64,000 nucleotides of DNA from an uncultured Acidobacteriaceae bacterium (GCA_963793525.1 CAWCAZ010000022.1:65291-129290); one strand, 5' to 3'. Counted from the first letter of the stretch, positions 1 to 9,558 are shown. The notes: a model not told the origin generated them from the letters alone. Translations and numbers: made by a program.

Positions 1-335
1 TTTTCCCCTCGATGCGACTTTAAGGCTTGCAGAAAAACTCCTTGCTTTGTGTCAGGGCACGACTTTACCGCTTGCGGAAAAACTCATTTTTTTGAAGTGT
101 ACGGCCTTCAGGCCGTACGTAAATGCTTTAAATGATTCCGGCTTCAGCCGCTGAGGGATGACTTCTTCGAGGTTCAACGACTTTTTCCGCAAGCTCTTTA
201 GTCTGGCGTTGAGGCGCGGCAATTGAGGGCTTTAGAGCCTGCGTGAGAACGAAAGACCCGGCAGATCCCTCTGGGCCTTGGCGATCGGAGGGATCTGCCG
301 TGTCTTCTGGTTCTCACGCAGGGGCTTGAGCCCCT
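1..335. repeat. Intergenic mosaic of short palindromic (REP-like) modules
   Basis: Hairpin GTACGGCC-TTCA-GGCCGTAC at 99-118. Module CTGCGTGAGAACGAAAGACCCGGCAGATCCCT at 238-270 faces an imperfect inverted copy at 289-323. Modules GGGCACGACTTTA.. and GGCTT(C/T)AGCC.. recur at 13.9, 36.2-36.6, 46.6-46.9, 50.0-50.2 and 63.7 kb. The ORF-track entry 198..497 (-) lies over these repeats and is not credible. Confidence 0.8.
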
Positions 336-413
336 GAAAGCGCTCTGCTTCGACTGAGCGTACCCGGATTTCCACCCACAAGACCCCACTCGCAAATAGT
401 CTAGAATCGCAAC

Positions 414-1706
414 ATGTCTGACCGTATGCGCCGTACGCTTGCCGAGGCCGATCCAGAGATCGCCGCGGCTGTCGATCACGAAATCCGCCGCCAGCACGAA
501 GGCCTGGAGATGATCGCCTCGGAGAATTTTGTAAGCGAGGCAGTACTGGAGGCCGTCGGGTCAGTCTTCACCAACAAATACGCCGAAGGCTATCCCGGCA
601 AGCGCTATTACGGTGGCTGCGAATACGCCGATGTCGTAGAAAACCTGGCCCGCGATCGCGCCAAGCAACTCTTTGGCGCCGAGCACGTCAACGTGCAGCC
701 CCATTCCGGTTCTCAGGCGAACGCCGCGGCCTACATGTCGGTCATCAACCCCGGCGACACTATCCTGGGACTCGACTTGGCCCACGGCGGCCACCTGACC
801 CACGGCCACAAGCTCAGCTTCTCCGGCAAGCTCTACCGCGTGGTCTTCTACGGCGTTGATAAAGAAACGGAGCGGATCGACTACGACCTCCTCGAAGCCA
901 CTGCTGAGCGTGAAAAGCCAAAGCTCATCATCGGAGGAGGCAGCGCTTATCCCCGCATCATCGACTTCGCCCGCATGCGCCAGATCGCCGATAAGGTCGG
1001 AGCCTTGCTGCTGATCGATATGGCCCACTTCGCCGGCCTGGTAGCTGGGGGCGCCCATCCTTCACCGGTACCCCACGCCCACCTGGTCACCACCACGACG
1101 CATAAGACCTTGCGTGGTCCTCGTGCCGGCATGATTCTCTGCCAGCAGCAATTCGCCACCGCCGTCGATAGAAGTGTTTTTCCTGGCCAGCAGGGTGGTC
1201 CCCTGGTGCACGTCCTTGCCGGCAAAGCCGTAGCTTTTCGCGAGGCGCTGGAACCAGGATTCAAGCAGTATGCGCAGCAAGTGGTCTTGAATGCGAAAGC
1301 GTTGGCCGAAACCCTGATGGCCGAAGGCTATCGCGTAATTTCCGGCGGAACCGATACTCACCTGATGCTGGTGGATGTTTTCTCCCGCGGCATTCTGGGC
1401 AGCGAAGCCGAAAACGCGCTGCACGAAGCGGGCATCACCGTGAACAAGAACGCCATCCCTTACGACGTCAATCCGCCGATGAAGCCCAGCGGCATCCGCA
1501 TCGGCAGTCCAGCCCTGACCACGCGCGGCATGGGCGAGCCGGAGATGCGGACCATCGCCAAGTGGATCACCGAAGCGTTGGACCAGCGCAATAACCCGCA
1601 GGCCCTGCGTCTCATACGAGGCCAGGTGTTGGAACTCGCCGAGAGCTTCCCGCTGTACGGCTGGTTACGTGTGCCCGAAACCGTGGCCGCCGACTACGGT
1701 CCCTAG
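414..1706 (+). CDS. glyA: Serine hydroxymethyltransferase
   Basis: Intact 430-aa ORF with typical SHMT sequence: [16 protein letters not shown], and the PLP-lysine region [13 protein letters not shown]. Confidence 0.97.
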   Translation: MSDRMRRTLAEADPEIAAAVDHEIRRQHEGLEMIASENFVSEAVLEAVGSVFTNKYAEGYPGKRYYGGCEYADVVENLARDRAKQLFGAEHVNVQPHSGSQANAAAYMSVINPGDTILGLDLAHGGHLTHGHKLSFSGKLYRVVFYGVDKETERIDYDLLEATAEREKPKLIIGGGSAYPRIIDFARMRQIADKVGALLLIDMAHFAGLVAGGAHPSPVPHAHLVTTTTHKTLRGPRAGMILCQQQFATAVDRSVFPGQQGGPLVHVLAGKAVAFREALEPGFKQYAQQVVLNAKALAETLMAEGYRVISGGTDTHLMLVDVFSRGILGSEAENALHEAGITVNKNAIPYDVNPPMKPSGIRIGSPALTTRGMGEPEMRTIAKWITEALDQRNNPQALRLIRGQVLELAESFPLYGWLRVPETVAADYGP

Positions 1707-1881
1707 GCCTTGGGAAATCATCCCTTTCAGCCCGCCTAGCTAATTCCAGATGGAAGCGCCACCCTACCCTTTGTGATTCCGAACCGAGGGACCTGCAGTT
1801 CTCTTCAATTCGAGCATCCAAGGCTGAAGTAAACGCGACCTCCACCCTCGACAGCCTGTCCAAACCACGAACGACGGGTGC

Positions 1882-1915
1882 CCCACATCTCGCTCGTTCT
1901 TACGCGAGATGTGGG
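1882..1915. repeat. Perfect 12-bp-stem hairpin (CCCACATCTCGC / GCGAGATGTGGG, 10-nt loop) of the GGGTGCCCCAC.. repeat family; possible bidirectional terminator
   Basis: Read directly from the sequence. It lies between the convergent glyA and araB genes. Related units are at 22684-22755, 24054-24135 and 40269-40442. Confidence 0.7.
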
Positions 1916-1952
1916 ATACCACTGCCCTAAACCAGCAACTCTCCGCTCCTAT

Positions 1953-3542
1953 TCAATTCCCAAGCACAGCAGACCGAATCTCAATCAACTTGGGCAGCAC
2001 ATCCCCCAACTCCACCGCCGGCGCGCCCCGCAACCCAAAGGCAAAATAAACCTTCCGGTAAAGCTGGTAGAGCTCCTCATACACGCGCACAGCCTTAGCC
2101 TCCGGCTGATACGTCTGGTACGGCAAACACATCTTCTCCTGCGCCTCTTCCACCGACTTGAAAGCCCCAGCCGCGAGCAGCGCGAAGATCCCGGAGCCAA
2201 GGCTGGTAGGAATCCCATCCGGAACCAACACCGGTTTGCCCAGGACGTTGGCATACACCTGGTTGAGCACAGGATTGTTTTGCGGCACGCCGCCCCCATT
2301 GATCACCCGATCCACCGGCACTCCATACTCCGCCAGGCGCTCGAGGATAATCCGCGTGTGAAACGCAGTCCCTTCGATCGCTGCGAACAATTCATCCTGG
2401 GCGGTGTTGACCAGGTTCCAGCCAAGGGTGATGCCGCCCAGTTCCGGGTTGACCAGGATCGTGCGGTCGCCATTGTCCCAGCTCAACCGCAGCAAGCCGG
2501 TTTGTCCTGGCCGGTAATTTTCCAGCCCCTGGCTTAGCTCCGCGACCTTGACATTCGCGCGGCGGGCAATGGCTTCGAAAATATCTCCAGTGGCCGACAG
2601 CCCGGCCTCGATGCCGGTGAAGCCGGGATCCACGCTACCGGGAACCACTCCGCAGACACCCGGAATCAGCGTGGTCTTCTGCTGCATGGCGATGATGCAA
2701 GTCGAGGTCCCGACCACGTTGACTACATCGCCCTCCCTGCACCCCGCGCCGATGGCATCCCAGTGGGCATCGAAAGCGCCCACAGGAATCGGAATACCCG
2801 CTCGCAAGCCCATCTTCTCCGCCCACGCCGGCGAAAGATGACCCGCTAGCGCATTCGAGGTGTGATATTCGCCACCAAGCTTGTTGCGAATGCCATCCAG
2901 CAGCGGATCTACCTTGGAAAGAAAAGCCTGCGACGGCAGCCCATCCCACTTGGGATTCCACATCCACTTGTGGCCCATGGCGCAGATGCTGCGCTTCACC
3001 AGCTTGGGGTCGGTAATGCCGCAGAGAGTCGCCGCCACCATGTCGCAGTGTTCAAAGGCGCTCGCCAGCTGACCGCGCTTCTCCGGATTGTGGCGCAGCC
3101 AGTGCAGCAGCTTGGCGAATCCCCACTCATGGGAATAAACCCCACCGCACCATTCGATCGCTTCCAGATGCTCAGCGTGGGCGAGTTGGGTAATCTGCTG
3201 CGCCTCACCCTTGGCGCGATGGTCGCACCACAGATAGTAGTCATCGAGCGGCTGCATGCCCGCGTCGACCGGGACCACGCTCGAGCCGGTGGTATCGAGC
3301 GCTATAGCCTCGACCTGCTCCCCCGGGATGCCGGCTTTGGCCAGCGCGGCCCGCATGGCGCTGACCAACCCCTCCATCTGATCATCGTGCGATTGAGTGG
3401 CGAAATCCGGGTCTTCCCGCTTGCGCTTCAGCGGATAGTTGGCCGACGCCGTCGCCAATCCGCCCTTCTCTGTCCGGGCGCTGTCAAACAGCGTGACCCG
3501 AACGCTCAGCGTGCCAAAATCAACTCCCGCAACAATCGCCAC
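1953..3542 (-). CDS. araB: Ribulokinase (FGGY carbohydrate kinase family)
   Basis: 529 aa with a GTG start. N-terminus MAIVAGVDFGT..SVR, plus GGVYSHEWGFAKLLH, GAFDAHWDAIGAG, VVGTSTC and PGFTGIEAGLSATGD, all closely parallel to E. coli AraB. It sits 2 nt downstream of the isomerase gene, in an operon with araD. Confidence 0.88.
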   Translation of the reverse strand: MAIVAGVDFGTLSVRVTLFDSARTEKGGLATASANYPLKRKREDPDFATQSHDDQMEGLVSAMRAALAKAGIPGEQVEAIALDTTGSSVVPVDAGMQPLDDYYLWCDHRAKGEAQQITQLAHAEHLEAIEWCGGVYSHEWGFAKLLHWLRHNPEKRGQLASAFEHCDMVAATLCGITDPKLVKRSICAMGHKWMWNPKWDGLPSQAFLSKVDPLLDGIRNKLGGEYHTSNALAGHLSPAWAEKMGLRAGIPIPVGAFDAHWDAIGAGCREGDVVNVVGTSTCIIAMQQKTTLIPGVCGVVPGSVDPGFTGIEAGLSATGDIFEAIARRANVKVAELSQGLENYRPGQTGLLRLSWDNGDRTILVNPELGGITLGWNLVNTAQDELFAAIEGTAFHTRIILERLAEYGVPVDRVINGGGVPQNNPVLNQVYANVLGKPVLVPDGIPTSLGSGIFALLAAGAFKSVEEAQEKMCLPYQTYQPEAKAVRVYEELYQLYRKVYFAFGLRGAPAVELGDVLPKLIEIRSAVLGN

Positions 3543-3544
3543 CG

Positions 3545-4967
3545 TTAAGCCTGCTCCGCGTCGTGGTTGTACATGCTCCAGCCCAGGTAGCGCGTGGCCG
3601 CTTCGTGCACCGCACTGCCCACCTGCGAGAAATTGGCCGCGACATGATGCTCGAAGCCCTGCTCACAGATGTAGCGCAGCAGCTTCTGCAATCGCGGAAT
3701 CTTGGCCACACCGGCGCCGCCAAAGGTCTCCAGCGGATCGTTGGTAAACTCCCCCTGCCCCACGTATCCCCGGATCTTGCCGTGGAAGTCATCGGTGGAG
3801 AAGCGCACATAGGTCATGGCCCCCGCCTTGACCCGGCCAACGCAGGTGCCAAAGGTATTCTCCTTGCCCACCGTGCCCGCGATGATCGCCTGAAAGTCCA
3901 TGACGACATCCTTGAAGAAGTGCTTGGGCAGGTTGGAGCAGTGGAAGCACACGCACTTATCCGGATCGGAACCGTAATTGTTATTCCAATCCAGCAGCGC
4001 GCTCGGGGTCTCCGAGGCCAGGGCCAGCGCATGCATGCTGATCGTCCCGCAAATGTCCACTTCGCAGGCGCTGGGAAAGAGGTTATCGCTCATCATGCTC
4101 ATCACCGTGCAGGGCACCACGCCGAAGTATTCTTCGAGCGATGTCCAGCACTGAATCGCGCTCACCGTGCAATACGTCTGCTGCATCCACTGCTCGATCA
4201 CCACGCCCAGCTTGCTCATCTTGATCAGCGCGGCGATCGGGATATTGTTCGTCGACACATACTTTTGAATCGCCGCCAGCTTGCTCTGCACCGCGTCGTC
4301 GTTGTCCTTCAGCCGCTCGATGCGGCCCAGAACCTCCGAAAGATCGAGCGTATCCACCGAGATGCCGCTCCGCTCCAGCAGCTTCTCGCTGTAGCGAACC
4401 GTGTTGAACGCCGCCGGGCGCGCGCCGATAGCGCCCACGCGCAGATTGGTAAAGCCCCGCACCACCCGGCAAACCGAGGAGAACCAGGCCAGGTCCTTGC
4501 GAAACTCATCGGAGTCGGGCTGCACCGTATGGTTCGCGGTCAGCGAGTACGGAATCCCGTACTGCATCATGTTGTTGCAGGCCGACATCTTGCCGCAGAA
4601 AGCTGTCACGGCGGTGGGAAATCTTCATATCCGCGGCCCGGTCCGGAGTCGCCTGCACCAGCACCGGAACCTTCAGCGTAGAGTGGCGCAAGGCATCGAC
4701 AATCCCGCGCTCTTCGCCAAAGTTGGGAAGTGTAACAATGACGCCATCAATCTCATCGCGATGCTTGCGGAAGAGATCGCCGCAAAGACGCGCTTCCGTC
4801 GGCGTTTCGACGGCGCCGAACTTCGACTCTTCCGGAGTCAACGCAATGGTGCGGATCCCATCCGCCGCCAGCACTCTCAGAATCTCTTCGCGGCCCGTCT
4901 TCGCCAGCTGATCGGGAAAAAAGCCGCGGTTGCCTACAATCACGCCGAACGTCATCTGTTTCGCCAT
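3545..4967 (-). CDS. L-fucose-isomerase-family sugar isomerase, predicted L-arabinose isomerase by context; one frameshift as given
   Basis: The N-terminal piece 4506..4967 (MAKQMTFGVIVGNRGFFPD..) and C-terminal piece 3545..4609 (..CGKMSACNNMMQYGIPY..) join across the conserved RRDSFCGKMS motif. This works if one base of the run at 4599-4601 (T-run on the coding strand) is removed. Confidence 0.8.
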
Positions 4968-4969
4968 TG

Positions 4970-5197
4970 TTATTTCCTTCGCTTGTTAACCGTGTGTTTG
5001 GGGCGAAAGCCGATGGTGTAACCCAGGCCCGCGATCGTGAGCAGCCCACCCCACCATATCGGTGCATGAAGATTGCTCAGCACCGGAGGATTGGGCAGCG
5101 GATGACTAAGTTCCCAGATACCGGTGCTCAAAATCACCACGCCATAGGCCAGCAGCAGTACACCCGCAAACCACCAGATAGAAAAGGACTCTCGCAT
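4970..5197 (-). CDS. Small two-TM membrane protein (75 aa), unknown function
   Basis: Two hydrophobic segments and a basic C-terminal tail. Tightly packed between the symporter (12-nt gap) and the isomerase (2-nt gap) on the same strand. Confidence 0.5.
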   Translation of the reverse strand: MRESFSIWWFAGVLLLAYGVVILSTGIWELSHPLPNPPVLSNLHAPIWWGGLLTIAGLGYTIGFRPKHTVNKRRK

Positions 5198-5209
5198 CGG
5201 CCCGGCTCC

Positions 5210-6916
5210 TTACCAGAAAATGATGTTGAGGAAGACGAAGACCACAGCCACCGCCCCCGCCCACACAATCGGACGCTGGTACCAGTGGTCGTCGTGTTCC
5301 TTGGGAAGTACGGAAGCACCGTAGACCAGCCCCTCCAGTTCCGCTACCGGCCGGGGTTTGGTCATGTAGCTGACCACCACCGTAACCAGCACGCAGACCA
5401 GCCACGCCCACAGGGCGCGATAGACATTCTCCGCCATATCTTTGGCGTCGGGGGAAAGGGCGACGTAGCGCAAGGCATGCGGATCGTGCTGCACCCACAG
5501 CCAAAGGCTGATGGACGTGACTGTACCGGCCAGCAAACCCCAAAACCCGGCCTCTTTGGTCGCGCGCTTCCACAGCATGCCCAGGATCACGGTTCCAAAG
5601 AGCGGCGCGATGAAGAAGCTGAACAGTTGCTGCACGTAATCCATGATGCTGGCCGCATGCTGCACCAGGTACGCCGTGCCCACCGAGACCAGCACGCCGA
5701 TCAGGGTGCTCCAGCGGCCCATGGCTACGTAGTGCCGGTCGGTAGCCTTCTTGTTCAGAAAGGCTCCATAGATGTCATAGGTCCAGACGGTCGAAAATGC
5801 GCTGACGTTGCCCGCCATTCCAGACATGAAGCCGGCGATCAGCGCCGTAACGCCCAGCCCCAGCAGGCCCGGCCCGCAGTAGCGCACCAGCATCAGGGGC
5901 AGAACTTCGTTGAAGCTGTGCTGGCCGGTCTTGACCGCTACGTCCTGCGCGACCAGGTGAAAGGGAAGTACGGAAAGGGCCAGCAGGCCGGGCAGGATCA
6001 CGATGAAAGGCACGGCCATCTTGAACGCCGCGCCGATCACCGGAGCCATCCTGGCGGACCGTATGCTATCGGCCGAGAGCACCCGCTGCACCACCAGAAA
6101 ATCCGTGGTCCAGTAGCCGAAACTGACCACGAAGCCCAACCCAAAGACGATCCCGAACCAGTTCACACCCATGGGATTGGTGTTGAAGTGGCCCAGCGTC
6201 GACCACAGGTGCACATAGTCGGAACGGCCCAGGTTGGTTGCGATCTGCTGCCGCAGGTTGCTCCAGCCACCCACCTCGATCAAGCCCAGAATCGGCACCA
6301 GCAGGGCGCCCGCCCAGATCAGCAGGAACTGGAGAATCTCGTTGTAGATCGCCGACTTCAGCCCGCCCAGCGCAACATACACCGCCACCGTGACCGAGGA
6401 AACCCAGATGCTGAAGTTCAGGTCCCAGCCCAGAACCACCTTCATCACAATGGCCATCGAGTACATATTGATGCCGCTCATGAGGATGGTCATGAATGCG
6501 AAGCTGACCGCGGAGAGGGCGCGTGCCCCGTCGCCGTAACGAAGCTTCAGATATCCCGGCACGGAGTGGGTCTTCGAGATGTAGTAGAACGGCATCATCA
6601 CGATGCCCAGAAAGAGCATCGCCGGAATAGCGCCGATCCAGTACCAGTGCATGGCCAGGATTCCATACTGGTAGGTGGATCCGGCCCAGCCCATCAACTC
6701 CAGCGATCCCAGGTTGGCGGAAACGAAGCTCAGCCCGGCGATCCAGGCCGTCATCTCGCGCCCGGCCATGAAGAATTCTTCGCTGGTGTTGGAGGAACCC
6801 CGCAGATAGAAGCCGATGAAGACCACGATCGCGAAGTAGATCGCGATCACCAGGACGTCGATCCAGTTCAGGCGCGCAAGCTGGGTAGAGACCGCCAGCG
6901 CCAGAGTTGTCACCAT
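5210..6916 (-). CDS. Sodium:solute symporter family (SSS/SGLT-like) transporter, probable pentose uptake
   Basis: 568 aa and polytopic. N-terminal pattern ..IAIYFAIVVFIGFYLRGSSNTSEEFFMAGREMTAW.. is typical of SSS transporters. Embedded in the ara operon. Confidence 0.88.
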   Translation of the reverse strand: MVTTLALAVSTQLARLNWIDVLVIAIYFAIVVFIGFYLRGSSNTSEEFFMAGREMTAWIAGLSFVSANLGSLELMGWAGSTYQYGILAMHWYWIGAIPAMLFLGIVMMPFYYISKTHSVPGYLKLRYGDGARALSAVSFAFMTILMSGINMYSMAIVMKVVLGWDLNFSIWVSSVTVAVYVALGGLKSAIYNEILQFLLIWAGALLVPILGLIEVGGWSNLRQQIATNLGRSDYVHLWSTLGHFNTNPMGVNWFGIVFGLGFVVSFGYWTTDFLVVQRVLSADSIRSARMAPVIGAAFKMAVPFIVILPGLLALSVLPFHLVAQDVAVKTGQHSFNEVLPLMLVRYCGPGLLGLGVTALIAGFMSGMAGNVSAFSTVWTYDIYGAFLNKKATDRHYVAMGRWSTLIGVLVSVGTAYLVQHAASIMDYVQQLFSFFIAPLFGTVILGMLWKRATKEAGFWGLLAGTVTSISLWLWVQHDPHALRYVALSPDAKDMAENVYRALWAWLVCVLVTVVVSYMTKPRPVAELEGLVYGASVLPKEHDDHWYQRPIVWAGAVAVVFVFLNIIFW

Positions 6917-6941
6917 AGGTTAGCCTGTCCTAGTCGTCGCA

Positions 6942-7667
6942 TCATTTCTCCTGTCCATAGGTCGCGTTGGCGCCGTGCTTGCGAAAATAATGCCGATCCA
7001 GCAGCGCCTGGGAGACCCCCCCACAGCTCTGCCGCAGGGTAGCTGTAAAGTACGCCATGCGGGCGACCGTTTCCAGAACGGCCGCGTGGTGGGCCGCATC
7101 GTGCGGCGTTTTACCCCAGCAGAAAGGCGCGTGGCCGGCCACCAGCACGGCCGGAATGGCATGCGGATCGAGACCCTGAAAGCGGCGGGTAATCGCGATG
7201 CCGGTATTGTGCACGTAATCTCCGCCAATCTCCTCTGCCGTTAACTCCGCGGTGACCGGAACCGGGCCGTAAAAATAATCCGCGTGGGTGGTGCCGTAGG
7301 CTGGAATCTCGAGCCCTGCCTGGGCCCACGCCGTGGCATATTCGGAGTGCGTATGGACCACCCCGCCAATGTCAGGAAACTCTTTGTAAAGTAGAAGATG
7401 CGTCGCCAGGTCGGAAGAAGGGCGAAGCTTGCCGTCGACCACTCGCCCGTCCATATCGGTGACCACCATGTCGGTCGCAGCCAGCGCCGTATAGTCAACC
7501 CCGCTGGGCTTGATGACCACCAGCCCGCGCTGGCGGTCGATGCCGCTGGCGTTCCCGAAGGTGAAGAGAACCAGCCCGCGGCGAACCAGTTCCAGGTTGG
7601 CCTCGAGCACCTGCTCCTTCAGGGTGTCCAGGGCACTTATGTCGGTGGCTTTCGGCATAGGGAACAA
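6942..7667 (-). CDS. araD: L-ribulose-5-phosphate 4-epimerase (class II aldolase/adducin fold)
   Basis: LKEQVLEANLELVRRGLV.FTFGNASGIDR..GLVVIKPSGVDY and GGVVHTHSEYATAWAQ resemble E. coli AraD. The ORF-track start at 7667 is a TTG. The ATG at 7658 is the more likely start. Confidence 0.9.
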   Translation of the reverse strand: MFPMPKATDISALDTLKEQVLEANLELVRRGLVLFTFGNASGIDRQRGLVVIKPSGVDYTALAATDMVVTDMDGRVVDGKLRPSSDLATHLLLYKEFPDIGGVVHTHSEYATAWAQAGLEIPAYGTTHADYFYGPVPVTAELTAEEIGGDYVHNTGIAITRRFQGLDPHAIPAVLVAGHAPFCWGKTPHDAAHHAAVLETVARMAYFTATLRQSCGGVSQALLDRHYFRKHGANATYGQEK

Positions 7668-7680
7668 AATAACAGACGAT

Positions 7681-7692
7681 GCAAACGTTTAC
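7681..7692. promoter_or_regulatory. Candidate LacI/PurR-type operator half-palindrome GCAAACGTTTAC upstream of araD
   Basis: 5 of 6 symmetric pairs around a central CG. It lies 23-34 nt upstream of the ATG at 7658. No LacI-family regulator gene is visible in the window. Confidence 0.25.
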
Positions 7693-7757
7693 TCGCGCTC
7701 TGACCTTAGGAGAATCAGGCACACCCCGTCAAGCGCAAGCTCTGTGGTCAACGCGAT

Positions 7758-7880
7758 CAGTCCCGTAGGGACGGCTGAGAGTGCTGAGAGTAGCCCAGGA
7801 CGCCAGTCCTGGGTAATGCATCTCCACCGAGACTAGTCCCGCAGGGACGGCTGAGAATGCCAGGACGTTAGTCCTGGGTA
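7758..7880. repeat. Two tandem copies of a double-hairpin unit (AGTCCCG.AGGGACGGCTGAGA ... CCAGGACG..AGTCCTGGGTAA)
   Basis: Unit 1 is 7758-7815 and unit 2 is 7834-7880. Each has stems GTCCC/GGGAC and CCAGGAC/GTCCTGG. The ORF-track entries over it (7510..7836 +, 7729..8013 -) are not credible. Confidence 0.8.
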
Positions 7881-8029
7881 AACTGGTCCGAGTCGCGAAT
7901 GCTGATTGGCAATCACCCATTCTATTTCGACAATTCGGACCTGGTCTTGTCCAGCGCCGCATACAGGAATTTTGAGACGTGGAATACCACAGCTCCACCC
8001 GTGCGACCTTCAATCGGTGAACTATACGG

Positions 8030-8437
8030 TTAAGAAGTAGGAGTGTGTACGGTGGCGTTTGCCCATATCGCCCGGACGGCCTTGCCGAAGGCGCTGTATT
8101 CCTTGATTCCGTTGGAGCAGAGCTCGATCACCACCCAGCGATCGTCCAGGATCTTGGTCTTGGAGCAGTAAGCGATCCGCCAGCGTTCGAACTCCGGCCC
8201 AGCGTTCTGCCGCAGATATCGCCACATCTCTCCGTCGGCCTTACCGCCGGAAGCGCTGGCCACCAGCACCGGCTCGTGATCAGGCATTCCGTGCTGCACT
8301 GCGTGTGCCGCCATGGCTCCTCCACGAATCATGCGGGTGATTTCAAGCTCGGCTTCCAGCAGCGTACGGGCGATCACATTCGCCTGAACGTCTTGCCCGA
8401 CGTATGCCCGGCAGAAGTAGCCGAAGTGCTGTTCCAT
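8030..8437 (-). CDS. Hypothetical protein (135 aa), last gene of the transglutaminase/ATP-grasp operon
   Basis: Good Shine-Dalgarno sequence (GAGGTGAT) 3 nt before the ATG. Same strand as the transglutaminase gene and 105 nt downstream of it. I recognise no family. Confidence 0.6.
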   Translation of the reverse strand: MEQHFGYFCRAYVGQDVQANVIARTLLEAELEITRMIRGGAMAAHAVQHGMPDHEPVLVASASGGKADGEMWRYLRQNAGPEFERWRIAYCSKTKILDDRWVVIELCSNGIKEYSAFGKAVRAIWANATVHTPTS

Positions 8438-8541
8438 GAATCACCTCTGATAAGCTACGCGATCTAGTCTTCTTAGGAGAAGAAGGAAAGAAACGCAGAG
8501 GTTACGTTTGGTCATTGCCCCTCGTGCTGTTTAGCTGAACT

Positions 8542-9528
8542 CTATTGCTGTTGCTGTTGCATTTGCTGCAGATGCAGCAACTGCGCGGGGGGCGCTGGAG
8601 GCTCCTGGGCTCGCTCCACCAGGATGGACCAGTCTTCCGGGACCGGCATGTCGCGGTCAAGGGGCGGCAAATCAACATATTTCGACACTTTGACTGCCAC
8701 GTAAAGCTCGCTCTCCTTGCTGCCGCGATAAATGCCACGGGTCGGCGGCACATCCGCGTAATCCCTTCCCAGCGCGGTGCGTATATACCGGTTTTGCGCC
8801 AGCAAATTATTCGTTGGATCAAAGCCTACCCAGCCCACCTGGGGCAAAAAGGCCTCTACCCAGGCGTGCGTAGCGCCCGCCGTGGAGCGATCGGTATTCT
8901 CCTCGCCATGATAGAGATAGCCGCTCACGTAGCGGCAGGGAATGCCCACGTGCCGCACCAGGGCAATCATGGTGTGAGCAAAGTCCTGACATACACCCTT
9001 TCTGGATGCGAGCGCCTCGTCGATGGGTGAGTTGACGTGCGTGCTCCGCGGATCATAGTCGAACCAGTGATAAAGCGAGGCATTTAACTGGCGCAATAGC
9101 ACCAAAGGATCGTCGCGGCGGCGCACATCCAATAGCTTCGCCAGATCGAGCAGGGCGGGCGAGGGCTTCGCGAATTCACTCGGCAGCAGCATCTCCGAGA
9201 AGTCCCCCAGCGCGACCAGCGAATCCAGTTCGTCCCAGGCGCCGGGGCGGAGCAAGTGCGGAATCTCCGGCAGCGGCTGCTGTTCCACCAGGGCCTCGGC
9301 CACCATCACCAATTGCGAGTGTTCTCCAGGGATATCGAAGTGATGGACGTTGTTGCCCAGGTGATCGCGATAGGAGAAAACCCGGCAGCGGGGGCTTACC
9401 GACAAGGAGAACGAGAGGCAGCGTTGATTGTTATCGCTGCGCGGGTGCATGCGCGCCTCCATGAGGCTTTCACTCACTTGGTCCGCGTAAAGAAACTTGG
9501 TCAGGTGCCGTATCAGATAAAAATCCAT
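8542..9528 (-). CDS. Transglutaminase-like protein with bacterial transglutaminase N-terminal domain
   Basis: N-terminus MDFYLIRHLTKFLYADQVSESLMEARMHPR.. matches the Bact_transglu_N pattern. The catalytic-Cys motif KGVCQDFAH.. is followed by YVSGYLY. AAGGAG Shine-Dalgarno sequence upstream. Confidence 0.9.
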   Translation of the reverse strand: MDFYLIRHLTKFLYADQVSESLMEARMHPRSDNNQRCLSFSLSVSPRCRVFSYRDHLGNNVHHFDIPGEHSQLVMVAEALVEQQPLPEIPHLLRPGAWDELDSLVALGDFSEMLLPSEFAKPSPALLDLAKLLDVRRRDDPLVLLRQLNASLYHWFDYDPRSTHVNSPIDEALASRKGVCQDFAHTMIALVRHVGIPCRYVSGYLYHGEENTDRSTAGATHAWVEAFLPQVGWVGFDPTNNLLAQNRYIRTALGRDYADVPPTRGIYRGSKESELYVAVKVSKYVDLPPLDRDMPVPEDWSILVERAQEPPAPPAQLLHLQQMQQQQQ

Positions 9529-9558
9529 GGCCTGTCAAACTCCTTGTCCTGCAATTCA

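Noticed and set aside
4967-7042. Very long ORFs antisense to recognised genes. Examples: 4967..7042 (+, 691 aa), 3563..4681 (+), 10791..12104 (+), 20617..21555 (-), 25392..26549 (+), 21122..21841 (-), 30078..31010 (+), 38341..38913 (+).
   Set aside because: These are typical shadow ORFs of GC-rich DNA. Their composition is Arg/Pro/Gly/His-rich and low in complexity, they resemble no family, and each lies opposite a gene with unmistakable homology.
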